NCBI GenBank assembly: GCA_976226885.1
Contig: OZ320321.1
Coordinates: 17,608,001-17,672,000 of the forward strand
Direction of reading: 5' to 3'
Length of the DNA: 64,000 nucleotides
Source of the DNA: Iphione sp. A-MEVVRFRX5
Taxonomy: Eukaryota
This document shows positions 53,240 to 64,000 of this stretch, in pieces (positions within the stretch are counted from its first letter, which is position 1; every line of letters starts with the position of its first letter). The notes under the pieces are model-generated. The model saw only the letters and a list, made by a program, of their open reading frames with translations, had not been told where the DNA came from and did no database searches. The translations under genes were made by a program, and so were the position numbers.

Positions 53240-53640
53240 CGGAATATTGCCGATCACCCCGACCGGTCCATTTTATATAGGTGCGGAAACAATGGGATTA
53301 ATATTGGTTCAGCTACCACCCACCCACCCACCCGCCCCCGCCCCCGTTCACCTGACCTTGCGGCGGCCGTGGTCGGTCGCGCGCCCTCTTTCGGGAACCG
53401 TCTTTTGGCAAAAACAGGACCCCTCCCGGGGGTAGGTGGATAATAGGGGGGGGGGAGGGAGGGGGGCGCGAAGGAAGGTAGGGCGGGCCGCACAGGAGGG
53501 AGGGACGGCCCAGTGACTGATCGACAATGACGGACCGACGTCACGCCGGTGGCATATGCGGAAGGTTTCGCTTCATCGAATTGCTAATTTCCTCGTCATT
53601 GTTTGCTGTCGTAACACTCCTCCCCCCGCCCCCTTACGCC
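53240..53640 (-). promoter_or_regulatory. GC/CpG-rich Pol II promoter facing PKHD1L1
   Basis: Minus-strand TATAAAA at 53271-53277, CCAAT at 53303-53307, GC boxes (CCGCCC/GGGCGG) at about 53331-53345, 53481 and 53626, CRE-like GACGTCA at 53537. No ATG on the minus strand between about 53247 and the start codon. Confidence 0.65.
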
Positions 53641-55826
53641 TAGCCTCAACGTACTCGACACACCCTTCATCCATCATTTACAAATCATCGGCGTATCTTC
53701 ATTTATTCATATCTTCCCTACCCATTCGGAACTTTTGGATCGCATACATTACAAGACCTCTCATATTATACCAAAAATTCTTTGCTCGATATATAGTCGC
53801 TGTTAAATACTAATAAACTTAATCGACGTTCATGCTAGCTTATCTTGATTTGGAGACATATATGAGTGTTTATATTATCATGTGCACGTGTACACGTAGT
53901 TTAAGTCCCGGCGGGCCGTAACGTAACCCAACCGTGCCTTCTTCTTCTTCACAGAGGTCACGTCCCGCTGCCAGCAAGGTTAAAATATCGGCTAATCGTT
54001 GACGTAAGTCTCCGTGGAGGTCAACTCCATTATATGCTTTTGCAGTGAGGAGGAGGGAGTACAGTTCCAGCTGTCCTTGCACGGCCTTCTTCAAACTGAT
54101 CCTCTTTCGATCGAAAACATTTCGTAAAATGTCCCCAGAATTTCACCAACACGTGAGGCTAAATTCCGATGCATCCGTGCGTGCGTGCCTGCATGCTCGT
54201 GGTGTCTTTATTTGTTATGCCGTTGGTGAGTCGTCTTTCAATATATAAATTTCACGGATGGGTTGTCACAATGTTTACGTGAACTACGTGACCATATTGA
54301 CGTACATATGGATATTTGTATGTCCATGGGTATAGTTATTGTAAGTTTAGAGTGGATGTTTGCATGCCGCCACACAATATTAGCATCAGCTCAACACACT
54401 CTCATACATCGCCATCTTTAATCATACAGCTCACTGGGTTACCAATTTTTTTACAAAAATAAATCTTATTTTACATGGACAGTCGCCAGGGCTTAACAGA
54501 AAATACAGTGACATTATACAGAAAGGGGATGCATTACACTTTTCATCTGTATGTAACATTATCAAAGGACAAAACCAGTGTAAACTTGATAAACAAGTAT
54601 ACATCAATGTATATAAATTTCTAGTGAATGTAAAGTCCTACAAAACTGTTATGGTCAATCTATTGGTTTGTATTCAGTATATATACTTCTCTACAGCACA
54701 TATTTTGGTAAATTCGGGAGAAAAACATCACAATTCATGGAACTTCAGAAAAAAACCTGTAAAATCATGCAAATGAGTCAAAATTCTTCATATTGCCTTC
54801 ATTATTATTGAAAATCAGAGAAAGAAAGTGGGAACAAAAATTAAAACAAAGAAGAGTACCCCCCCTACCTAGGTTTTTGACTGGTTGTGACCAGAAAAAC
54901 ACCTATTTTTTGACTAAATAGCAGTAGGGCCTATTAAAAATAGCTGTTTCCAGAAACCCAACTGCCCATGTTTTTTCCCAGTTAGAACATCTTTAAAGTA
55001 ATATTTATCTTGAGACTGAATAAAGCTACAGACTTCTGCAGTCTTCAAAAGAATGTCCAAACCTCTTTAAAATGTACCATATCCATTTGACCATGTAGAG
55101 CAGAAAATCCGAGTATATCAAATCTGATGTTTTAATGTTGATTTCCATTTCAGTGTGATGTCATAGTTTTGCTGGTACAGTAAGAAAGTGATGGGTTAAC
55201 TGCTGTAGTGGGTAGAGAGGTTATGGCAGTCATAGGTTGTACTATGACTATGATTAAAATCTGTAAAAACAACAAGCTATACTCTGTCTTTCCAAGCCCA
55301 AAACACCCCCTTCTAATTGTCTGATTTTGAACAAACTTATGACAAATGAAAGCTAAGAACCCAAGGAGGACAATGAGCAAATGTATAAACTTAATATACA
55401 AGGAAGTTAGAGCCATGCAAAGGTTTGCCATGAACTTGCAGGAAATATGACACACTTTTTACCGTGAGTGCTAGTCACACGTGTAAACAATGTCATTTAG
55501 CTACAATGATGTATTTTGGTGATCAGTCCATAGTATAATGAAAAAAACATGTACAAAGGTTGTTCCAGCTAATTAATGGCATGAAACTGCCAGATAAAGC
55601 ACCTAACTACAGGACAAAATGAACTTAAAGAATATTTAACATCGTACATGAAGGTTGTTCAAGCAGACTGAGGCTCTGGGTACTCATGCTGCACCAGACT
55701 ACTTGTGCAACCTAGCAATGTAGAACAATGCAGACAAAATGAATGATTGGTATAACACTCTTCCTGTTCAAGCTGATCTCTGCAATATATACATTATAGC
55801 GTAGACCCTTTGATTAACTGCTAATA

Positions 55827-55952
55827 CAGTAGACTCTCTATATAAAAATAAAAATAAAAAATTCCTATATAAAAAGAGACTTCAGGGTAGACCAGATCAC
55901 AGGGGAGACCCTAATCCTTCAGTCCAAGAGTCTCCTAAACGGGAATTGACTG
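55827..55952. mobile_element. Tc1/mariner-pogo type MITE
   Basis: TA|CAGTAGACTCTC ... GGGAATTGACTG|TA; internal GAGAC repeats. Confidence 0.55.
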
Positions 55953-56105
55953 TATAGCGTTTCTATACCCAACAAAAAAATCTCTGTGTGCTTATCATGC
56001 TCATACAACAACAAAGGATACTTTTCCTTAAAATATAATGGGTGCTACCACAGAGATGGTAACCACAACAGGCCAATAACCAAGTGCACAACCATTAGAC
56101 AACTA

Positions 56106-56562
56106 CAGTCTCCACTCAGTTAATGCCCAACCACCATGGGAGACCAACTCGTGTGAGAGACCAATTTTGGTCAGAGCCAAACTATTTTCTGCATATTTCC
56201 TATGCATGTACATTGGACCCTCACAGGAGAGACCAACCACCAGGGAAGACCAAATCGCAGGAGAGACAGAAAAATCAAGTCTGAAATAACCACTCTTCAC
56301 TCACTGGGGTGACCGAATTGCCCCCAAAACCAGTAAAATTCATGCACATGAGGGTGAAAAACAGCAAAACTCAGGCAAATTCAACCAAAAAACAGCAAAA
56401 ATTAAGGAAAATTCAGCTAAAAGATGGCCAAACTCATGTAAAATTTGGCCAATTGTCTAAGAAATAATCACAGAGACCATCCACAGCATCCATTTCCAGG
56501 GTTGACTTCTTTGCAGGAGCGACCAAATTCACCCAAGTGGTTGCCTCCATGAGTGTCGACTG
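56106..56562. mobile_element. Tc1/mariner-pogo type MITE
   Basis: TA|CAGTCTCCACTCA ... TGAGTGTCGACTG|TA; internal GAGACCAA repeats. Confidence 0.75.
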
Positions 56563-57029
56563 TATGGGTATTGTAATATATAAGCACCTGAAGAGCTGGG
56601 GCATTTAGTAGATTTGAACAGATAAGAAATAAAAAAGAAGCTGGTTCACTCCAAATACATGAAATAGTTGTGGATGAGTGATCTTGCTGAAGGATGCAAA
56701 GAGAAAGTGTTAGTTAATTCACAAAGACATACATGCTTATATACTCTGTCATTCCATAACAGCTGCTAAATTTAGATACAGATGTCGAGGCAACTGTCTA
56801 GAGTTGATTGGATTATATAATTATTACATAACCTAAGCTAAAAATAACCTACTACATCATAGACATGTATGAAACAGTTACCAAGAGCACAATATCTTCT
56901 ATACAGTGCAATCTGTGTCAAGTCCAGCCAGATTGCTCAATGTGGATAGCCCCAAATGGATCACATCAAAGCACTACGGCATGGATTCCTACACATACTA
57001 CAATATTTCTGCAGGCCATGTACTATTCT

Positions 57030-59128
57030 GGCCAAGCCCTCAGGCATTCCCGACGTCCTGATGCGGGCGTTGCATGATGGATTACTTTGTTATGTCGACT
57101 TTATTAGAGATATTTTCAATGATCTGTTAGTTGCTAACGAGTTTCTAGATAGCTGGAAACTGGCTAAAGTGACCCCAATCCCGAAAAAGCCCCCTTATAC
57201 TGACAAGGGTAACTATCGCCCAATTTCAATTTTACCAGTTATTGGAAAGGTTTTTCGAACGTATTATTTATAATCAACTATCGTCCTTTCTTCAAAGAAA
57301 TAATCTTTTGACCACGTCACAGCATGGTTTTCGTAGAGGGAGGGGGACCGAGACCACTGCGGCATCCCTGCTAATTAATGCCTATGAGTCTATTGACAAG
57401 GGTCTGCACTATGGTATAGTTATGGTGGATTTTTCAAAGGCTTTCAACGCGATAAATCATGTTGTTTTAATCAACAAGTTATACAAGATGAGGATAGGCT
57501 CCGGGAGGGTTAAATTTTTAACATCCTACCTATCAGGAAGAAAGCAATACGTTAGCTGTAACAATTAATGCTCAGAGAACATGCATGTGAGGCAGGGGGT
57601 GCTGCAGGGGAGTATTCTCGGTCCCCTCCTGTTCGCGTTAATGATAAATGATATTGAAGAAAATTTGAAAGTAACCCGGGCCGTCATTTACGCTGACGAT
57701 GTCACCCTAGCAGCAAGTGCTAGCAACATACTAAGTCTTGGGCTGAAGTTGCAGCATGGCCTGCATAGGGTAGAAGAGTGGGCACAAACAAATCGCCTGA
57801 GTATAAAAGAAGCCAAGACAACATATACTTGCCTTGGACACAGTGCACTGTTTAACTTAGACTTAAAGTTGAGCGGCAATGGCTTGAGACATGACAAAAA
57901 TCTGATACTTCTTGGATATCGGTTGGACCCCCGACTGACTTGGACTGCCCATGCTAAAATGATTATTACAAGGGTCAGAAGCCGTAGTAAGATGATATCA
58001 CGACTATGTTCCCAATAACCTTATAGTGCTCGTGTTAACGCCTTCCGGGGCTTTATCCAACCATTGTTTCTTTATGGCCTCTCCTTTTTATGTGGGGCGT
58101 CGTCAAAGGTACTAACATCACTTCAGATTGAATTTAACACCTCAATCAAGAGAGTTGTTTTGTCGTTGCCAGCGAGGCGTGTTGTGAGTGCTAAAAGAAT
58201 ACGAGAAAAACTCTCATTACTAACCCTTAACCCTTTAGAGGCGACACCTGACGATACGTCATGGATTCACAGGCCGGGGTTGACTTTGACGCTTTCCTAC
58301 AGGTGGCGGGGGTGTAGTGAATCGTCTTTTTTGTATGTGCGGACGATTCAGAGTGTTTTAAAGCATCCAAAGTGAAATTCATCAATTGTCTAAGGAGAAT
58401 TGAGCATGGATATTTATTTATGAAGGTGTCTGGAGCATATATATGCATTTATTTGTGAATATTACTTGGAATTTGCTATCAGGTATGTAATTCACTTCGT
58501 TTGTCAGTAGTTTTCTGTGTAAACACAGGGAAATGTGACAGTTTTCATAGAAAAATGTCATGATCTATTCAGAATTCATTATTTCTGTATAAGTTCGAAT
58601 AAAACATGGTTATTTTTCTATATTTTCTCCAAATTTTATCAAAATACATGAATTATTTCTATGAAAAACTAAGGGTTGAAGTGTAATGAACAAAATAATG
58701 CCTGAAGGCATCACCCGGTGTTTACCCGGGAGTGCCTGAAGGCATCACCCGTCGTTCGCCTGGGAGTGCCTGCAGGCATTACCCGCCTGGATAGGGTTAA
58801 GGAATTGTCTACATTAAGAGCTGTTCTGCTTATTCATAGATTGCATAGGGAAAATATTCTTCACAGTGAGCGACTAGGACGAACAAGACGTGGGCAGACA
58901 AGCCAAATTCGACTAAGAAAGACCCGCCTGTCGTCCACGAGGAAGAGCTTCTATTACACTGGCATCAAAAATTGGAATCTGCTGCCTGCAAGAAAGAAAC
59001 GTCTTGAAATTCTACGTCTTAAAAATCTTTTATAATACTTAAATTTTCATGTAATAACGATTCACATTAACATCTCATACGATTATGCTTGAGAAGTGAA
59101 TAAAGTGTTTTGACTTTGACTTTGACTT
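57030..59128 (+). mobile_element. 5'-truncated, decayed CR1/L2-group LINE (RT ORF2)
   Basis: IFN...WKLAKVTPIPKK...GNYRPISILPVIGKVF, QHGFRRG, DFSKAF, GVLQGSILGPLLF, YADD, SFYYTGIKNWNLLP; frameshift near 57257, stops near 57566 and 58016; ends with AATAAAG plus (TTTGAC)n. Confidence 0.93.
58231..58796. mobile_element. Non-autonomous piggyBac-type element inserted in the LINE
   Basis: TTAA|CCCTTTAGAGGCG ... CGCCTGGATAGGG|TTAA; three 34-bp subterminal repeats (58700, 58734, 58768); excision restores the LINE frame LSLLTL-KELSTLRAV. Confidence 0.88.
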
Positions 59129-59165
59129 CTAGCTCTGGCGTTTCAATTCTACATCCATGTATATA

Positions 59166-59799
59166 CAGTGCAAACTCTGTCTACAGATGCCCAGCCACTG
59201 CAGACAACCCCTACTATAGACATGTTTAGTCCAATCCCAAAGAAAAATTTCTATGCAGTCAAACCTCCATTTCGGACCATCCCTTGGTTTCCAGCTGAAG
59301 TGGTCACATCGGTGATTTTGGCTGGAAATTGGATATTGTTAACATAAGGGTTCAAGACTTCTGTTCCTTGCTTAAGTGGTCGTATTGGCAAGAATGGTCA
59401 CGAATTGGAGTGGTCGCAAATACAGTTTCCACTGGATGTCATGTTTAACATTGCCTGGTTACTGCGGACACTCATCTACAGCGGGCACTCACCTGTGGAC
59501 AGTCATTTTACGGTCTCAATCACTGAATTTACTGGGTCTACAGCAGACCCTCAAATGTTCTGTTAGGGAGAAGTGGTCACACTGCCACCTCTACCCACAT
59601 CTTAGACAATGAATAACCCTCAAACATTCTGTTTAGGGAAGAGTAGTTGTGCTAACATATCTGACAGGATGTTGGACAATGAATAACCCTTCTAAGGCTC
59701 CTAAGATGGAGAAGGGACAGCTCAGGTACAGCGGACAGCCCCTACTACGGATGCTTTGACTCCGGTCCCAAAGATGTTCACTTTAGTGAGTTTCCACTG
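59166..59799. mobile_element. Tc1/mariner-pogo type MITE
   Basis: TA|CAGTGCAAACTC ... GAGTTTCCACTG|TA. Confidence 0.6.
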
Positions 59800-60264
59800 T
59801 ATCTGCACACAGATTGACACGTATATATCTGCATACAAAATGGCCCATAACACCTTGCCTTTCTCATGACTGACAGTATAGGCCTCCACTCCCAAGCCTG
59901 GGGGTTTGCTCTGTCTACCCGTGACCTTCACTGACTGATAGGACTAATGATGGTCAAGTAAATGCTAGCTATTGTGTTCTTATTTTGACAACGTATCTCC
60001 AGAAACTTCTCTTTGTTTTTTATTAGTTTGGGTAAAATACACGAAGTTAAACTATAATCACGTCATTTGCTCCTCGTTAATGTCTATTCTTGCTTTTCTA
60101 TGAATTACAGTATGACGTCCCCTCGCAGACACGTCTTGGATGCAGACACATCTACAATGTGGACGATTTGAAGCAGAACGGAATGTATTCCCATACATAA
60201 CAATTATAAACAGACGTCTCCAATCAGGACAGCTAATTTTACAGAGCGTCTCCCTGTGGACACC

Positions 60265-60455
60265 TCATTTTCAAAGGTAGAGATGAGTAAACCCTGTGGA
60301 TCAGGTGTTGTCATGCGAATTTGGCACTGCAGGGAGGCCTGAGAAGTCATTTTCAAAGGTAGACATGAATAAACCCTGCGGACGAGGTGTTGTCGTGCGA
60401 ATTTGGCACTACAGTGAGGCCTGGGAAGTCATTTTCAAAGGTAGACATGAATAAA
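60265..60455. repeat. About 81-bp tandem duplication (about 2.3 copies)
   Basis: tcattttcaaaggtaga...gaatttggcact repeated. Confidence 0.9.
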
Positions 60456-60459
60456 GATT

Positions 60460-60612
60460 TGGACTTTTACTGGTCAAATTCAATACTTTTAGGACTTTAA
60501 CTGGTCAACTTCAGTACTTTTAGGACTTTAGCCAGTCAAATTCAGTAATTTTAGGACTTTTACTTGTTAAATTCAGTACTTTTAGGACTTTCACTGCTCA
60601 AATTAAGTACTT
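60460..60612. repeat. About 31-bp minisatellite, about 5 copies
   Basis: Consensus ttttaggacttttactggtcaaattcagtact. Confidence 0.9.
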
Positions 60613-60910
60613 TTGTTCTCTCTCTCTCTACAAAGTTTACATTCTAAATACTTTAAACTAAAGCCTGTCTTGTATTTGGTCTGTATAGCATTTGTAGAGA
60701 GAGAGGTAGAAGGGGACAATATTTCCAGGCTTGACCCCCTAGTCTGATCTCCAATGCGGACGTGTCTCCAATGCGGACAATTTGAAGCAGAACGAAGGGT
60801 GTCCGGAATGGAGAGAGTGTACTGTACTCTCATTCTCGTGTTCTTTTGCTGCAATCTCTCTCTCTGTTAATCATATTCAAAAACGAATATTGTGGAAGGA
60901 ACTTAATCAT

Positions 60911-62305
60911 TAAATAATAATAATAATAATAATAGATTTTATTGATTCCAACCATCGTCCTATCGGACGGTTTACATAGCGTGGAATACAAGTACAGGGC
61001 AAAGTATGACAGTTAATTCCTTTGCCAGGTTGAATGAGTATTTACATATGTGTAGATGCAATTATTCTCATATTGTTGATAAATGTCACTCCAGTTTGCT
61101 CAATACAGTTTGTTGGCCATTTGATAGCTTGTGATAACCGAATTCTAATGGATCAGTAGTGTTCCTATGCAATGGGTCAAGCTGATTCCATAGTTTAGCT
61201 CCAATAAAGGTGATTCTTCTCCTGCAAATTTCAGATCTTGGTATCATCAGGTGAAGTAAAGGTCCATCAGAGTTTCTGGTTGTTGTAACTGATTTAAGTG
61301 GCAAAAGTCCTATTTTAATACCTCTGAACATTGAGTTGAGAATTATATGCAGTCATCTAACATGGGTACTACATATGCCCATGCTGAGATGCAAGTCCTT
61401 GTTGTGAACCTCATAGGCTCTTAAGATCCTCTTTTGCTTCATGTTGTGGATAATTCTGAGTGCTCTATTCTGTAGTGACTGAATTTTTGATAGGGTTTTT
61501 GCTGGACATGGTGTAAGGTACATTGTGCTATAATCAATAATAGGTTGGATGGTAGTTTTGTATAGCATTAGAGCAATCTCGGGAGACATGTTACTCTTTA
61601 GTTTGTTTAGCTGATAAATTTTCATAGACAGATGTTTGCATAATCTTTCAGCTTCATTCTTGAACGATAGTTTATTATCAATATTGATACCTAGATATTT
61701 GTAGCAGTCAATGACTTCTATGTCCTTGTTGTATAGTTGTAAAACAAATTCATCATCATCTGGTTTCTTTTTACCAATCAGCATGATTTTTGATTTTGAC
61801 ACATTAATAGATAATTTGTGGATGTTGCACCATCTCTCAAGTTCCCTGCAGGTTTCCAGCATTTTTGATGTAAGTTCCTCAGTAGATTCAGCCTTTGAGT
61901 AGATAACAGTATCATCCGCAAATAGGATTACAGGTTCACTGATGTACCGTGTAATGCTATTTATGAATAGGGAGAACAGTAGTGGCACAAGGGTTGATCC
62001 TTGTGGCACACCACATTTCAAAGTGAGAAGATATTCCATTACAATTGACGTGTTGGATATGATTGTTTAAGTAATTATTGATCCAATTCAATGTATGTGT
62101 GTCAAAGTTGAATTCTGAGGTTAATTTACATAGCAGTAGATCATGGTTCACTGTATCAAAGGCCTTTTTCAAATCTATAAATAGTAGCCCAGAGATTTTG
62201 TTGTCGTTGAGTGAAGTGTACTGGTCATTGAGTAGTTTCAGGATTGCTGAGTGAGTGTTTCTATGTTGTCTGAAACCAAATTGAGCATTTGATAAGAGCA
62301 TCCTT
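60911..62305 (-). mobile_element. 5'-truncated, decayed CR1/L2-group LINE (RT ORF2)
   Basis: QFGFRQH, IDLKKAFDTVNH, frameshift, GVPQGSTLVPLLFSLFIN, LFADDTVIY, YKYLGINID, FIGAKLWNQLDP; 3' end AATAAAA plus (ATT)n at 60911-60943. Confidence 0.93.
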
Positions 62306-62649
62306 TAGTGCATCCAACTTCTGTTCAATAAAAGAAATAGCTTTTCTCCACCACACAGACCCCAAAACCGATTGTTTCTGTTTGAAATGTAAAAAAAAAC
62401 ATAAACTATTTAAATGTAGCACAGAAATGCTAAAACTCCTGTGGGACAAGCGAACCTACAGTACCCCTCTTTTTCTCCCTTTTTTCTTGTTTGGCCTTCC
62501 GTAGCTGAAGTTCTGCCACCAATGTACAGAAGTATTCAAAGTGAATACAATTTCACTGATAAGTTCATATATAATCCACTACATTTATTTCCAGTAATTC
62601 ACGTATTCCATATTGGAGGTACAGGACAGTGCTTTAAACTGGAAGTATT

Positions 62650-64000
62650 TTGTGCAAATACAAGAAAGGTCCATTAACAAATAGGGAATTCCATTATAAG
62701 TCAATAGATCATGTTTGTGATGTGCTGGAGGAATGTGATGCTATGGCAACATATGATATTAGGAATGCATACTGTTCTGTATTAGTTTACCTGAGCCACA
62801 GAAAATGTCAAGGTTTTTCTTGGGAAGACAAGGAAGGTAGTACAAAGTACTATGTAAACAATTTCCTTTGTTTTAGGCTTAAATGTGGCCCATGTATCTT
62901 CAATGATATCTCGAAGTATATTTCTAGTGTCTTTCGAGTTGGTGCAGCGGGTAAAGTCATTAACTATCTAAACGACTTTATGGTTATTGGCAGGTCGGTG
63001 GAAGAAACAGAAATGTTACAGGGAGTCCCGATGGATGTTATACAGAGTATTGGCTTTGAATTAGCATTTGAGAAGTGTTCTGAACCGAGCAGAGAGTGCA
63101 AATTCCTAGGAATCATTGTATATTCAGTCATGATGGAGTTGTTGCTACCTGAATGTAAAGTTAGTGAAATGAAAGAAAAACAATTGATAGTGCAGTGAAG
63201 AGAGGTGCTCTGACAAAATATGAGCTGGAGAGTCTCGCAGGTTCCCTGGCACATTGCTCAACCATCGTGAAAGGTGGCCATACATACTCATGGAGCCTGG
63301 ATGACCTCCTCAAGGATGTGGAGAGACCGAGAGGACGTGTGTTGTTGAGTGATGACCTTCTTCGTGATAGTGAACTGGTGGCTGAACTTTTTTTAGCTTC
63401 TTCAAAGGCAGGAAATGCATCATCATGACCAGGCAGGTGATGTCTGTGAGCACGCCTTATGCTTCAGCGGGTAGCAAAGCAACGACTGGTTTTGTGGCAC
63501 ATAGAGAAACGATGGCTTGGAGTGATTCGACCTTGGAGACCATGTTGAGTTGCCCCCCCCCGCAAAATAGACAACTTCGAGGACCACATTAGCATTTATG
63601 AACTGTGGGTTGTACTTCCAGCCTTTAAGAGATGGGGAAATGCCCTAAGGGATCAGATGGTCTTGATTTGTGTTGAACAGATGTTGCATGCATTGCCTTA
63701 GAGAAACTTTTTGGTCATGTGTGTTTCAGAAGATTTACTTCAGAGTTGAGTATAGCAGTGCTGACCAAAGCACTATTGCTGATGTGCTTGCGTGGCAGGT
63801 TGAGTAGTAACAACAATGATGTAAAGTTCGTACATGACCACCGGCTCAATACAGCTTGAGAGCTTTCAACTTTGGAGAGGGAGGTGGATTCCTTAAGAAG
63901 GAAGGCCTTGGCATCCAGCAGGTGGGGGGGGGGGGGAGCAGAGAGACGCAGACTTTGAAAAATTACAATGAATTCTGCAACACATATAAATGTGAGTGTT
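62650..64000 (+). mobile_element. Decayed DIRS/Ngaro-type tyrosine-recombinase retrotransposon fragment (RT, RNase H, start of YR), cut by the window edge
   Basis: YDIRNAY, FRLKCGPCIFN, YLNDF (YLDD-like), FEKCSEP..CKFLGI..MELLLP..K, LAGSLAHC, HISIYELWVV..FKRWG (RNase H HIN.LEL-like), IADVLA; then LEREVDSLRRKALASS...Y-N-EFC, resembling a YR N-terminus; many stops. Confidence 0.82.

Noticed and set aside
55150-55455. 101-aa hydrophobic minus-strand ORF
   Set aside because: AT-rich intergenic DNA readily gives Leu/Ile/Phe-rich frames; no splice or homology support.
61-63428. GTG/TTG-initiated ORFs in the supplied track read as genes
   Set aside because: The track assumes prokaryotic starts; the sequence is spliceosomal, so the real coding units are the exons listed.

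Overview
Eukaryotic (animal, probably invertebrate; inference) genomic window. It is dominated by one large minus-strand gene, a fibrocystin-L (PKHD1L1) orthologue. I traced 61 coding exons by hand, from the signal-peptide ATG at 52895 down to 238. All visible junctions are GT-AG, and phases are continuous across every fully sequenced junction. The exons give at least 11.7 kb of CDS (about 3,900 aa): signal peptide, IPT/TIG, PA14, TIG array, cupredoxin-like insert, G8-1, parallel beta-helix repeats, G8-2 and more beta-helix repeats. The gene continues past base 1. Two N gaps clip exons 47 and 52. A GC-rich TATA/CCAAT/GC-box promoter lies at about 53240-53640. Beyond it are decayed retroelements: two CR1/L2-group LINE fragments (one interrupted by a TTAA piggyBac-type element) and a DIRS/Ngaro-type RT-RNaseH-YR fragment. 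Introns hold many MITEs (pogo/Tc1-type with TA TSD, PIF/Harbinger-type with TTA/TAA TSD, and a CAGG family with 5-bp TSD) and a dispersed repeat carrying a CTCF-like core. The most unusual pattern is that five intronic tandem repeats or duplications are built from the gene's own exon-intron boundaries. They create arrays of spare splice acceptors or donors. In the three multi-copy arrays and the exon-24 duplicate, the spare sites give a frameshift or premature stop. No prokaryotic system, CRISPR array or RNA gene is supported.
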